Positions 8,665 through 18,370 of a DNA stretch of 64,000 nt are shown here, one piece after another. A model generated the notes under the pieces. That model saw only the letters and a program-made list of their open reading frames with translations, was not told the origin of the DNA and did no database searches. Origin of the DNA: an uncultured bacterium. GTDB lineage: Bacteria; Fermentibacterota; Fermentibacteria; Fermentibacterales; JCC-6. The position numbers were made by a program, and so were the translations under genes. Positions within the stretch are counted from its first letter, which is position 1, and every line of letters starts with the position of its first letter. Location of the stretch: positions 110,774 to 174,773 of the forward strand of contig CAZIPI010000001.1 in NCBI GenBank assembly GCA_964541235.1. The letters are read 5' to 3'.

Positions 8665-9339
8665 ATGATCGGCCCTCTGCTGCTTGCGGTATCAGTTCTT
8701 GAATTGCAGCCCGCAGATCCCTCGTTCCACCGGCGGCTGACCTTCGGCCTTGAGATCGGCGGTTCCCTTTCGGTGGGCGAGTTGCTTCCCATCGAGTTCA
8801 AGCCCTCGCCGGACGCCGAGTGGGGGATCATCGTGCCGGTCCCCCTCTACCCGGGGAACGGCCTGGACGTGGGTGCCTTCGTGGAGTACCGCCCCACGGA
8901 ATGGATGGGTGTCAGGGCGGGCTGGGGAACACAGGTCCCGGTGCAGCCCATGGCCGCCCTGCCGAGTTACATACGGGACGTGACGGGAAGCTTCAACCGG
9001 TTCGGGCTGGACCTCTTCGGTTACGCCGGCGGGGGAAGGATGTACGGTGACGCGGGAATGGGAGTCTTCTTCTCCAAGGCCTCCTACAGGTTCCTTTTCG
9101 ATGACTTCACCACACAGGAGGAGGAGTGGGAGACCGTCACCGGTGATACCTGGACGGCGGGGATAACACCCCAGGTCGGGATGGACCTGTTCCTGAACGA
9201 CGGAACGGCCATAGGGGGCAGGCTTCTGGCACCCATATCACTTGTCTCCGATGACGGCAAGGATGACACGTCCGACGAAGGTTTCGGAAACTACTCCGGG
9301 GGGATCCAGCTGCGCCTGCATTTCAAGCGGCTGTTCTGA
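8665..9339 (+). CDS. Putative outer-membrane beta-barrel hypothetical protein, C-terminal Phe
   Basis: N-terminal hydrophobic segment, Gly/aromatic-rich sequence, and a terminal LRLHFKRLF. It lies immediately downstream of the secreted protein. Confidence 0.4.
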   Translation: MIGPLLLAVSVLELQPADPSFHRRLTFGLEIGGSLSVGELLPIEFKPSPDAEWGIIVPVPLYPGNGLDVGAFVEYRPTEWMGVRAGWGTQVPVQPMAALPSYIRDVTGSFNRFGLDLFGYAGGGRMYGDAGMGVFFSKASYRFLFDDFTTQEEEWETVTGDTWTAGITPQVGMDLFLNDGTAIGGRLLAPISLVSDDGKDDTSDEGFGNYSGGIQLRLHFKRLF

Positions 9340-9354
9340 CCACCGTCCCGGCGC

Positions 9355-11397
9355 TCACCGGTCATCGGGCTCCCCGCCGTGCCAGATGCCTCCACCGATT
9401 ATTGACTGGGCGATGTTGGTGAAGTGGTCCGCTGCCCTTTCACAGTACTCTATGTAGTCCAGAATGGCAAGACCGGTCATGTTGGCCAGGTGCGAAGCCA
9501 GTGCCTCGCCGTACTTCTCCCGGGCCTCTTCGCTTATCTTGTTCATGCGCCCCTCGAGTATCAGCAGGCGCTGGGCAGCTCCGATATCGTTATGCTTGAT
9601 GGTCTTGACCGCCTCCCTGGCCATCTCGGTCAGAGCGCTGGATGCCGACACCGCAAGGGCGGGCAGCGGCCCCTCCTCGGACGTGACGTCGCCGGACACC
9701 CTGGACCTGGCCTCCATGATGTTCACCGCGTGGTCCGAGATGCGCTCAAGGTCGTTGATGGAGTGGATTATCACGGGAAGGCTCAGTGACTGCTCCCGGG
9801 ATAGCTCACCCTGGAACAGCTTCGAGGCGTAATCGGTCATGTCCCTCTGCATCACGTCAACCCTGTCCTCCATCCGGACTATCTCGTCCGCGTCGTGGCG
9901 CCCGGTGAGGAAGTGCTCGGAAGCCATCAGCAGGCACTCCCCGGAGTACTCGGCCATCCTCCCCATCTCGCGGTTCAGGGTGTCTATGGCCAGCACCGGG
10001 CTTTCGAGAAGGTTGAAGTCGAGGACCATCCCGGGTTCCAAACCGGCCGCCACCCGTTCATCCGGCACCAGCAGCCTGCAGAGCCTGGTGAGAAGAGGGA
10101 CCAGGGGAATGAACACGATGCAGTTGGCGATGTTGAAGATGGTGTGGGCGTTGGCCACCTGGCGCATGGTGTCGGCGGATGTCAGCCGGACAAGTTCGAG
10201 GAACAGGCCGTCCTTCCTGAGAGCGAACAGCATGAAATAGGCGGCGCCCAGCAGGTTGAAAAGTGTGTGGGCCATGGCCGCCTGCCTGGCCGCCCTGTTG
10301 CTTCCCAGGGCCGCAAGCTGGGCTGTGATGGTGGTTCCGATGTTGTCGCCGAGAACCAGGAACACTGCTCCCTGCAGGTTCACAAGGCCGATCCCCGCCA
10401 GGGTCATGGTGAGGCCCACGGTGGCGCTCGAACTCTGCACCAGGACGGTGATGAGGGTCCCGGCGAACACCGCCAGAAGGGGGTGCGTGCTGAAATCGGC
10501 GAAGAAGTTCCTCACGGGGGCACTGGCGCGAAGGGGCTTCATGACGTCGCTCATCACGGACATGCCCATGACAAGAAGGCCGAGACCCATCAACGCCCTG
10601 CCCCACAGTTTCAGGTTTCGTCCCCGCCCCAGGAAAGAAAGGGCGAAGCCCGCGGCGATTATGGGGAACGCGTAGTCACTGATCTTGAAGGCGATGAGCT
10701 GGCCGGTGATGGTGGTGCCTATGTTGGCCCCCAGGATCACTCCCACCGCCTGCTGCAGCGTCATCAGCGAGCTGTTCACGAAACCCACGGTGATCACCGT
10801 CGTGGCGCTGGAACTCTGGATGGCAGCGGTGACCAGGGCCCCTGTGGCAATGCCCATTATCCTGTTGGAAGTAATGCGCTTGAGTATCCCCTTCAGCCTG
10901 TTCCCGGCAACCTGCTGAAGGTTGGATGACATGAACTGCATTCCCAGGAGAAAGATGGCCAGACCGCCCAGCACCTGAAAGATGATGAAGAAAAGGTTGA
11001 TGGAGACAAGGGTGATGGATGCCCTGCAGAGTTCGCCCTCGGAATCGCCTGCGACGGCGGTCACCAGTATCTCGCCCATATCCTCGCCGAACTCAAGGTT
11101 CATCATGGCCATCCCGCACGAGTCGGTATAGACCACGTACCCCGACAGCCCCTCCTGCATCACCGTCATGTAGCCGGGATGGGGGTGAAGGAGGGCGTCG
11201 CCGCTCTGGACCACGAAGTTCACCGGAACGCCCAGGGCCGGGGTGCAGTCGCCGGTGTGCAGCACCTGAACCGACAACGGTTCGGAGAGCATCCGGCCGG
11301 TGTTCCCGTAGGTCTTTCCGGACATGGAACTCACCTGCAGCTCGGCGGCATAGGCCAGCGGGAACAACAGAAGCGACAACAGCAGGAAGACGCGCAA
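9355..11397 (-). CDS. Na+/phosphate cotransporter (NptA/type II family) with C-terminal PhoU-like domain and an unusual ~120-aa N-terminal secreted domain
   Basis: Repeated GANIGTTITAQL / GDNIGTTITAQL motifs are characteristic of NptA. The C-terminal helical region is PhoU-like. The N-terminus has a signal peptide (MRVFLLLSLLLFPLAYA) before the transporter core. Confidence 0.8.
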   Translation of the reverse strand: MRVFLLLSLLLFPLAYAAELQVSSMSGKTYGNTGRMLSEPLSVQVLHTGDCTPALGVPVNFVVQSGDALLHPHPGYMTVMQEGLSGYVVYTDSCGMAMMNLEFGEDMGEILVTAVAGDSEGELCRASITLVSINLFFIIFQVLGGLAIFLLGMQFMSSNLQQVAGNRLKGILKRITSNRIMGIATGALVTAAIQSSSATTVITVGFVNSSLMTLQQAVGVILGANIGTTITGQLIAFKISDYAFPIIAAGFALSFLGRGRNLKLWGRALMGLGLLVMGMSVMSDVMKPLRASAPVRNFFADFSTHPLLAVFAGTLITVLVQSSSATVGLTMTLAGIGLVNLQGAVFLVLGDNIGTTITAQLAALGSNRAARQAAMAHTLFNLLGAAYFMLFALRKDGLFLELVRLTSADTMRQVANAHTIFNIANCIVFIPLVPLLTRLCRLLVPDERVAAGLEPGMVLDFNLLESPVLAIDTLNREMGRMAEYSGECLLMASEHFLTGRHDADEIVRMEDRVDVMQRDMTDYASKLFQGELSREQSLSLPVIIHSINDLERISDHAVNIMEARSRVSGDVTSEEGPLPALAVSASSALTEMAREAVKTIKHNDIGAAQRLLILEGRMNKISEEAREKYGEALASHLANMTGLAILDYIEYCERAADHFTNIAQSIIGGGIWHGGEPDDR

Positions 11398-11617
11398 TGC
11401 AGTTCTCCGTTGAGGGAACCTTGAGGACCACCACCCCTGATCGGGAACGAAAGGGGAATATGGGCATTTGGGGCGGGAATGAAAACCTTGCGGGGAGGGT
11501 TGCGCCTCAGGCCGCCGATGCTATGTTCACGGGTCCGCACCCCCCGGATGGATGCTGGGCGGTTCGGTAAGTCTGTATTCATGACACTGGTATTATCATA
11601 TAAAAATGGAGGATAAC

Positions 11618-13810
11618 ATGCTTACCCCCTGGTTCTGGTTCGCTCCCGCCGGCTCGGTTCTCGCGCTGGTGGTGGCCTTCCTTTTCTACAGGAGCATGAT
11701 GGCCGAGAGCGAGGGCACGCCCAGAATGGCCTCCATCGCCCTGGCTGTTCGAAAAGGCGCCATGGCCTATCTGAAGCAGCAGTACAGGGTGGTTGCCGTT
11801 GTCTTCCTCTGCCTCACCCTGTTCTTCGCCTTCATGGCCTATGTTCTGAAAGTGCAGAACGGCTGGGTGCCGTTCGCCTTCGTCACTGGCGGGTTCTTCT
11901 CGGGCCTGGCGGGGTTCTTCGGGATGAAGACCGCCACATACGCTTCTTCGAGAACCGCAAACGCCGCCATGCAGTCGCTGAACCGGGGTTTGACCCTGGC
12001 ATTCAGGAGCGGCGCGGTGATGGGGCTGGTGGTGGTGGGGCTGGCCCTTCTGGACATCTCGATATGGTTCATCATACTGAACAGGTTCTACCCTGCTTCC
12101 CAGGGGCCCGCGTCTCTGATAGTCATCACCACCACAATGCTCACCTTCGGCATGGGGGCCTCCACACAGGCGCTCTTCGCCAGGGTGGGCGGCGGCATCT
12201 TCACAAAGGCGGCTGACGTTGGAGCCGACCTGGTGGGCAAGGTCGAGGCAGGCATCCCCGAGGACGACCCCAGGAACCCGGCCACCATAGCCGACAACGT
12301 GGGCGACAACGTTGGGGATGTTGCAGGGATGGGGGCCGACCTTTACGAGTCGTACTGCGGAGCCATCCTTGCCACCGCGGCGCTGGGCGCCACAGCATAT
12401 GCCGCCTCGGGGGCGGCGGTGCAGATGAACAGCGTGGTGGCCCCCATGCTGATCGCCGGGATCGGAACCATTCTGTCCATAGCCGGGATCATGATAGTCA
12501 GGACCAGGGAGGGGGCGACGCAGAGACAGCTTCTCGATTCACTTGGAAGGGGAGTGAACTTCAGCTCGATACTCATTCTGCTTGCTTCCGCCCTTGTTCT
12601 GAACCTTCTTGGAATACCCAACGCCTGGGGTATCTGGGGTTCCCTTTTCACGGGCCTGGTGGTTGGGATAGTCATCGGCAGGTCAACGGAGTACTTCACA
12701 TCACACGGTTACAGGCCCACCAGGGCCATAGCCGCCCAGGCTGCAACAGGCCCGGCTACCGTCGTGATCTCAGGCATCGGTACCGGTCTGATCTCCACTG
12801 CAATACCTGTGTTCATGGTTTCGCTGGGCACCATCCTTGCCTTCTTCTTCGCTTCCGGCTTCGATTTCCAGAACCTGCCCATGGGGCTCTACGGGATCGG
12901 GATCGCCGCGGTGGGAATGCTTTCCACGCTCGGGATCACACTGGCCACCGACGCCTACGGTCCGATAGCGGACAATGCCGGCGGCAACGCCCAGATGGCT
13001 GGCCTGGGGTACGAGGTAAGGGAGAGGACCGATGCCCTGGATGCTCTTGGCAACACAACCGCAGCCACTGGAAAGGGCTTCGCGATTGGCTCGGCGGCGC
13101 TAACGGCCCTGGCCCTGCTTGCGGCCTACCTCGAGGAGATAAGGATAGGCCTTCTCAGGGTCGGGGTGGAGTTCTTCCAGTTGGGCGGCGCCACCGTTGA
13201 GGTTGCCTCGGCCTCCCTTCGGGAGCTGATGGCTTTCTACAATGTCCACCTGATGTGCCCCACTTTCCTGGGTGGAACGTTCATCGGCTCCATGATGGCC
13301 TTCCTGTTCTGCGGCCTCACCATGAACGCCGTGGGGCGGGCCGCGGGACGCATGGTCGAGGAGGTCAGGAATCAGTTCCGGGAGAAGCCGGGCATAATCC
13401 AGGGCACCGATGAGCCCGACTACGCCAGGTGCGTTGCCATATCCACCCGAGGGGCCCAGCGGGAGATGATACTTCCCGCAGGGCTGGCGATAGTGGTCCC
13501 CATCGTCACCGGGGTGGTCCTGGGTGTGGGCGGGGTCATGGGTCTGCTTCTCGGGGGGCTGGCGTCGGGCTTCGTACTGGCTGTTTTCATGGCCAACGCC
13601 GGCGGTTCATGGGATAACGCCAAGAAGTTCGTCGAAGAGGGGAACATGGGCGGCAAGGGTTCAGAGGCTCACAAGGCCACCGTCATCGGGGATATGGTGG
13701 GCGACCCCTTCAAGGACACCTCGGGGCCCAGCCTGAACATCCTCATCAAGCTCATGAGCATGGTTTCCATTGTGATGGCCGGCTTCACCGTCACGTTCCA
13801 TTTCCTGTGA
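11618..13810 (+). CDS. hppA: Membrane-bound K+-stimulated/H+ (or Na+)-translocating pyrophosphatase
   Basis: Signature GADLVGKVEAGIPEDDPRNPATIADNVGDNVGDVAGMGADLYESY and ~16 TM segments. The start was chosen at the second ATG (11618), which has a GGAGGA Shine-Dalgarno sequence 5 nt upstream; the ORF-track start is 11606. Confidence 0.9.
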   Translation: MLTPWFWFAPAGSVLALVVAFLFYRSMMAESEGTPRMASIALAVRKGAMAYLKQQYRVVAVVFLCLTLFFAFMAYVLKVQNGWVPFAFVTGGFFSGLAGFFGMKTATYASSRTANAAMQSLNRGLTLAFRSGAVMGLVVVGLALLDISIWFIILNRFYPASQGPASLIVITTTMLTFGMGASTQALFARVGGGIFTKAADVGADLVGKVEAGIPEDDPRNPATIADNVGDNVGDVAGMGADLYESYCGAILATAALGATAYAASGAAVQMNSVVAPMLIAGIGTILSIAGIMIVRTREGATQRQLLDSLGRGVNFSSILILLASALVLNLLGIPNAWGIWGSLFTGLVVGIVIGRSTEYFTSHGYRPTRAIAAQAATGPATVVISGIGTGLISTAIPVFMVSLGTILAFFFASGFDFQNLPMGLYGIGIAAVGMLSTLGITLATDAYGPIADNAGGNAQMAGLGYEVRERTDALDALGNTTAATGKGFAIGSAALTALALLAAYLEEIRIGLLRVGVEFFQLGGATVEVASASLRELMAFYNVHLMCPTFLGGTFIGSMMAFLFCGLTMNAVGRAAGRMVEEVRNQFREKPGIIQGTDEPDYARCVAISTRGAQREMILPAGLAIVVPIVTGVVLGVGGVMGLLLGGLASGFVLAVFMANAGGSWDNAKKFVEEGNMGGKGSEAHKATVIGDMVGDPFKDTSGPSLNILIKLMSMVSIVMAGFTVTFHFL

Positions 13811-13817
13811 CGGAGGG

Positions 13818-14648
13818 TCAGCCCAAGGCGCGGTCCCAGGGGGCGGGTATCTCCGCAGGGAACCGCCACAGGTCGGTGTGCCCCTGGTCCGCCACGTACA
13901 GACCGTCACCCGAGTGCCGCCCGTAACCGAGCCATGAGTGGAACGGAACCTCGTTGATGCAGTCACCCGATACGATGGTCTTCGTCTTCTTGCGGGGCTG
14001 GTCACGAAGCTCCTGGTCAGCATCGGTGAACCGGCTCAGTGCGGCCAGGTTGAAGAGCCCGGTCTGCAGTTCGGTGAAGATAACCTGGCGGAACACCTTT
14101 CCCGGCCTGTGGGTCGAATACCATGCGTACTCGACCGGGGTCAGGTTGGATACCAGGAGCAGTTGGATCGGGCACATCACCAGGTAGATGTGGCGCTCCC
14201 TCTGAGCGGTGTCGGGAACACCGGCGGCGGCCGCCACCTCTGACGGCGACATCTCCTCGTGACAGCTGCCCGGCCCGAAATGGTGCAGCGGCCCCCCCTT
14301 CTCCATCTCCAGCACCTCTCCGCCGGTCTTCACAAGGAACACACGCCTGTATGCGCTAATGGGAGTGCAGGAAAAGGCGTTGTTGGAAAGGGCGGTCTTT
14401 GTGCGCTTGCCCGCGGCGGAAGCCGCCAGGGCGCTCATGGAATCGCCCGAAGGGTCCCGCCATCCGCCCTCCTCAAGGTAGCTGAAGCCGGGCTTTGTGC
14501 CTTCGATGACAAGGTCCACAAATATCTTCCGGCCCTTGAAGTGCTTGCCGGAGCCCGGGCTTGTGTGCCGGGCAAGACCCTCGATCCCCAGGGATGTGGC
14601 TGTTATGACGCCCTGCGGGATCCAGAGGACAAGACCAGGATCAGCCAT
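13818..14648 (-). CDS. Hypothetical protein (276 aa)
   Basis: Long ORF convergent with hppA, with no motif recognised by eye. Confidence 0.4.
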   Translation of the reverse strand: MADPGLVLWIPQGVITATSLGIEGLARHTSPGSGKHFKGRKIFVDLVIEGTKPGFSYLEEGGWRDPSGDSMSALAASAAGKRTKTALSNNAFSCTPISAYRRVFLVKTGGEVLEMEKGGPLHHFGPGSCHEEMSPSEVAAAAGVPDTAQRERHIYLVMCPIQLLLVSNLTPVEYAWYSTHRPGKVFRQVIFTELQTGLFNLAALSRFTDADQELRDQPRKKTKTIVSGDCINEVPFHSWLGYGRHSGDGLYVADQGHTDLWRFPAEIPAPWDRALG

Positions 14649-14773
14649 TCCCCACGCTCCTTTGCTTGCGCCCGGCCAGGGGCATACAACGGCTCTTCGG
14701 TCTTCGACCCCGGAGACCCTTCAAAAAAAGAATAGCGAGAACGGCAGGAACAGTCAAGGAAACCGGGGGGTTG

Positions 14774-15853
14774 TCAGTACCTGAGGATCAGGGCCATCCT
14801 CTGGTAGTTGTCCAGGGCTCCGTCCGGAACGAAGACGACCTCTCCCTTGCCGGCTATGACCGCCTCGATGATCTCATCCACCGCGTCATCGATCACACCC
14901 GGTGATCCAGGAGAATCGGACGGCGTGACGCCCATCCCCGTTCCGTCAACCGTCGCCGGACAATGAAAACCCTCCTCCACAAGAAGGACCTTGCCCCTCC
15001 CCTCATGCGACGCAGCCCATATCCCGCCAAGTGTCGCCAGGACCCGGTCTGCTGCGGCTGCCCTGGAGAGTTCATCGATCCTGGACTGCCTGATCCCGGC
15101 GAGATGCTCCTCGACCCGGGGCCAGACCATTGCACCCAGGTCATGAACCGGCGTTCCGTCATGGCTGCCCTTCAACGCACCCCTGACAGGGACGGACGAT
15201 TGGTCGCGGAACATGGATACGAACTTGTCAACCCCCGTGACGAAGAGAGGAAGCGGTTCGGCGGCGGCATATCCGGCCAGGGAGGAGGCAACCGTCATGA
15301 AGAACTGCCTGTGTCGCTGGTCACGGAAGGCCGACCGGCTCACTCCCCTGCCTCCGGGGAGAGAAGTCGCCCCGCCGGGACCTGTATGCTCCATTGGAAA
15401 GCTGCCGTCCCTGACCTCACTCAGGGTGTCACGGAAGCCCTCGTACAACCGGGTCGGCTTCTCGCTCAGAACCAGAAGCCAGTACCTGGCGGAGCGGTTC
15501 AGTGCGAAGACCAGGTCCCTGGTCAGGAACGTCTCGTCAACGACCACCCTCTCCCTGAGGGTGAATGGAAGATGGAACACCCTGTACATGCTGCTGTTTG
15601 CGAACACAGCCATCCCGTCAAGGTTCACGTTGTGGTCCACCGAATCCGCAGCTTCGTTGAGGTTGCGCAGGACTCCGGCGATCTGGCGCTTCCCGAACTC
15701 CTTCATCAGCCTGTCCACGGCCTGACCGACAAGGTTCTTCAACCTCACCGGATCCTGCCTGTTCTCAGGGAATGTGCGGTTGGCGGGCATGGTGACCGTT
15801 ACTGCGGGGTATCCCCTCTCCTTCTGCAGCAGCTCCAAGTCCAGACGGTTCAT
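14774..15853 (-). CDS. Hypothetical protein (359 aa), translationally coupled to the upstream antiporter gene
   Basis: The ATG overlaps the antiporter stop (ATGA, 15850-15853), and an AGGAAGGGA Shine-Dalgarno sequence lies upstream. Soluble protein with no canonical motif. Confidence 0.5.
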   Translation of the reverse strand: MNRLDLELLQKERGYPAVTVTMPANRTFPENRQDPVRLKNLVGQAVDRLMKEFGKRQIAGVLRNLNEAADSVDHNVNLDGMAVFANSSMYRVFHLPFTLRERVVVDETFLTRDLVFALNRSARYWLLVLSEKPTRLYEGFRDTLSEVRDGSFPMEHTGPGGATSLPGGRGVSRSAFRDQRHRQFFMTVASSLAGYAAAEPLPLFVTGVDKFVSMFRDQSSVPVRGALKGSHDGTPVHDLGAMVWPRVEEHLAGIRQSRIDELSRAAAADRVLATLGGIWAASHEGRGKVLLVEEGFHCPATVDGTGMGVTPSDSPGSPGVIDDAVDEIIEAVIAGKGEVVFVPDGALDNYQRMALILRY

Positions 15854-18195
15854 GATTCTCCCTTCCTGTGGAAATACGAGGCTATCAGGGCAAGCCTTCG
15901 CAGGTGTTCCTCGGCGCTTTCGTCAGGGGTCCCGATGAGCAGGACGAGGGCTTTCGCCGAGTTTCCGCCGGCGATGCCGGCGAACCCTTCCGACCGTGTT
16001 GCCAGAAGCGCCATGGGCGCCGGTGGAAAACCCTTGTGGGTGTGGAGCAGCAGACACTCCGGCGAAAGCCACAGGGCCGCCTCGCTCTGCTGCGCCATGC
16101 AGTCCTCCAGAAGCGTGTCCCTGGCCGGTGAGGGCCTGGGATACACGGCCTCGATCATGGCCCGGACAGCACCTGATACCGAACTTTCGCCGATCTCGCT
16201 GAAAACCGATGAAGGCGTGAACACATGGTGCAGTTCTTCCGCGTCAGGGGCAGGACCCTCACCGGTCTCCCATTTCATCTCCGGAGGGTAGATCAAGAGG
16301 AACGGCCGGGAGCCCAGCAGCCTGTTAATGACACCGGACAGCCTGGCCTGCACGGGCTGCCAGGCCAGCCTTCCTGTCCTCGCCTGGAAGAGAACGGGCA
16401 GGTCGCCGTCGCGGAACACCTCATTCAGCAGCCCCGGCAGGCCATGCCAGTCCTCGAGGGCGTGATGCGCCGTCGCCGGGTCCGCAGTATCAAACATCCC
16501 TTTTTGCACCATGGCCTTCACCGTGCGGGAGGACGCCACTAGAACGATGCTGCTCCCGGACTGGACGGCGAGCCTCTGAATGACCTCCCATGCGGCGGCG
16601 AAGCCCGGCTGATTCTCCATCAGAGGCGGAACCGCAGCGATAATGCGTTTGCACGTGTTCACGGGGGCAGGATTCCTGAACCGCAGCACCAGGAACCTTC
16701 CGTTCTCCACCAGAAGGCCCGGGACGTCCTCGTACCCGCTCTCCAGCGAGAACTCCTCATCAATTATCACCGTGGAGACCCTGAAATCCAGCGATGCTCC
16801 CATGATCCCCTCCACCACACCGGGGGCGACACGGGTCACTGGCTGGACCGGGGTGTCGGCATCCACGGCCAGTATCACCGCCTCCGCCAGTATCTTCTCG
16901 GCGCTCGCCACAGCCTGTTCGCTGTCGCCCGCCTCCGAGGTGATCATCAGCGGGTAGATCGGCTGGCCGAACCTTCTGCGGCGAAGCATGATGGCCAGCG
17001 ACATCAGCGGCTCTATCTGGTGTGCCGCGCTTATGGGGACCATTATCCGCTCCGGGGCGCCGGAGCTGTCGAGGTGGGTCGAGGCAAGCGATAAGGCAAG
17101 CCTTCTCCCGAACCTCTCGGTGATCCAGGGACCCATCACGCATGTGGCCAGGATCATCAGAATGGTCCCGTTGAGCACCTCTTCGGAGAACACCCCCAGC
17201 CTGACCCCGACTATCACCGCGGCCAGTGTGGCAGCCGCCTGGTTCACACTGAGTCCGAACAGCAGGCCGGTCTCGTCGCGCGAGAAACGGAGCGCCCTTC
17301 CGCCCAGGAAGGCGGCGGCGAACTTGGTCGAAAAGGCGGCGGCAACCATGTAGAGCATCACAATCCATGCGCCGGCCGAACCCGCCAGCGCCCGCACATT
17401 GACCATCATCCCCACCGAGAGAAGGAAGAACGGGATGAAAAGGGATTCGCCCACGAAGCGGAGCCTTATCATCAGCCTGCTCTGGTCGGGTATGAGCATG
17501 TTCAGGGTCAACCCGGCAAGGAATGCCCCGATGATGGGTTCAAGGCCCGCAAGCGGGGCCAGCGCCGAGCATGCGTAGGCGCATGCCAGGACGAAGAGGA
17601 ACCCGGGAACGCTCTCGGCGGGAACCCTTCTGAAGAACCAGCGTCCCATGCGGGGAACGCTCCAGACCACCACGCCCACGTAAACCGCCAGCAGTGTGAC
17701 CAGGCGGATCCAGAACAGGGGGGTGAGGTCACCCTGGACCGACTCGGCGACCACGGCCAGAACAAGCAGGGCCAGGGAGTCCGTGAGGACCGTTCCTCCC
17801 ACGGCGGTGGTCACCACCCTCTCCTTCACAAGGCCGAGACGCTGAACTATGGGGTAGGTCAGGAGCGTGTGGGAGGCGAACATGCTGGCCATGAGAATGG
17901 CCGCCGGCCATGACAGCCCCAGAACCAGCAGCGCCCCCCACATGCCCAGCAGCTGGGGTATGAGAAAAGTGATGCCGCCGAAGACAACGCTGTTGCCGCG
18001 TTCCCTTCCGAAGCGGTGCATGTCCACTTCCAGCCCTGCGATGAACATCAGGTACAGCAGCCCCACGGCCCCCAGGGGCTGGACCATGCTGTCCGCCTGG
18101 AGCAGGCGGAGCGCGTGGGGGCCTAGTGCGGCTCCAGCCAGGATAAGCCCCACGAGCCCGGGAAGCTTGAGCCGCTGGAACACTATCGGGACCAC
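15850..18195 (-). CDS. Cation:proton antiporter (CPA/Na+-H+ exchanger family) fused to a C-terminal PTS EIIA type-2 (EIIA-Ntr-like) domain; start codon uncertain
   Basis: The N-terminal ~400 aa has about 12 TM segments with the exchanger-like LILAGAALGP motif. The C-terminal ~150 aa (LLHTHKGFPP...ALVLLIGTPDESAEEHLRRLALIASYF) resembles PTS_EIIA_2. The track start is a GTG. The upstream in-frame extension (to the stop at 18283) encodes a complete TM1 (AFTFGIAIAAVLVVPIVFQRL), so the true start is probably upstream and non-ATG. Confidence 0.7.
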   Translation of the reverse strand: MVPIVFQRLKLPGLVGLILAGAALGPHALRLLQADSMVQPLGAVGLLYLMFIAGLEVDMHRFGRERGNSVVFGGITFLIPQLLGMWGALLVLGLSWPAAILMASMFASHTLLTYPIVQRLGLVKERVVTTAVGGTVLTDSLALLVLAVVAESVQGDLTPLFWIRLVTLLAVYVGVVVWSVPRMGRWFFRRVPAESVPGFLFVLACAYACSALAPLAGLEPIIGAFLAGLTLNMLIPDQSRLMIRLRFVGESLFIPFFLLSVGMMVNVRALAGSAGAWIVMLYMVAAAFSTKFAAAFLGGRALRFSRDETGLLFGLSVNQAAATLAAVIVGVRLGVFSEEVLNGTILMILATCVMGPWITERFGRRLALSLASTHLDSSGAPERIMVPISAAHQIEPLMSLAIMLRRRRFGQPIYPLMITSEAGDSEQAVASAEKILAEAVILAVDADTPVQPVTRVAPGVVEGIMGASLDFRVSTVIIDEEFSLESGYEDVPGLLVENGRFLVLRFRNPAPVNTCKRIIAAVPPLMENQPGFAAAWEVIQRLAVQSGSSIVLVASSRTVKAMVQKGMFDTADPATAHHALEDWHGLPGLLNEVFRDGDLPVLFQARTGRLAWQPVQARLSGVINRLLGSRPFLLIYPPEMKWETGEGPAPDAEELHHVFTPSSVFSEIGESSVSGAVRAMIEAVYPRPSPARDTLLEDCMAQQSEAALWLSPECLLLHTHKGFPPAPMALLATRSEGFAGIAGGNSAKALVLLIGTPDESAEEHLRRLALIASYFHRKGES

Positions 18196-18328
18196 AAGGA
18201 CAGCAGCGATGGCAATGCCGAAGGTGAATGCAGGATCTGACGGATCAAGACCGTGAAGAACGCTGGCCAGAGAACTCTCCCTTCAGGCTTCCCCTGTGAA
18301 ATATTCGGCGGTACGGGGCGCATGGAAA

Positions 18329-18353
18329 GGGGCGCCCCCGGGTAGGGCGCCCC
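18329..18353 (-). terminator. Putative intrinsic terminator after rpsG
   Basis: Perfect 9-bp GC stem GGGGCGCCC/GGGCGCCCC with a 7-nt loop, followed on the minus-strand transcript by UUUCC. Confidence 0.5.
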
Positions 18354-18370
18354 GTCATGCCTTTAGGGGG

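Noticed and set aside
9895-10929. 344-aa plus-strand ORF inside the Na/Pi cotransporter gene
   Set aside because: It is antisense to a gene with strong NptA repeats. The composition is typical of a GC-bias artifact.
11398-11605. Divergent intergenic region between the Na/Pi transporter and hppA, examined for Pho boxes or a riboswitch
   Set aside because: Only a plausible -10 (TATTAT) and a Shine-Dalgarno sequence for hppA are visible. No convincing Pho-box repeats or conserved riboswitch-like structure were recognised by eye.
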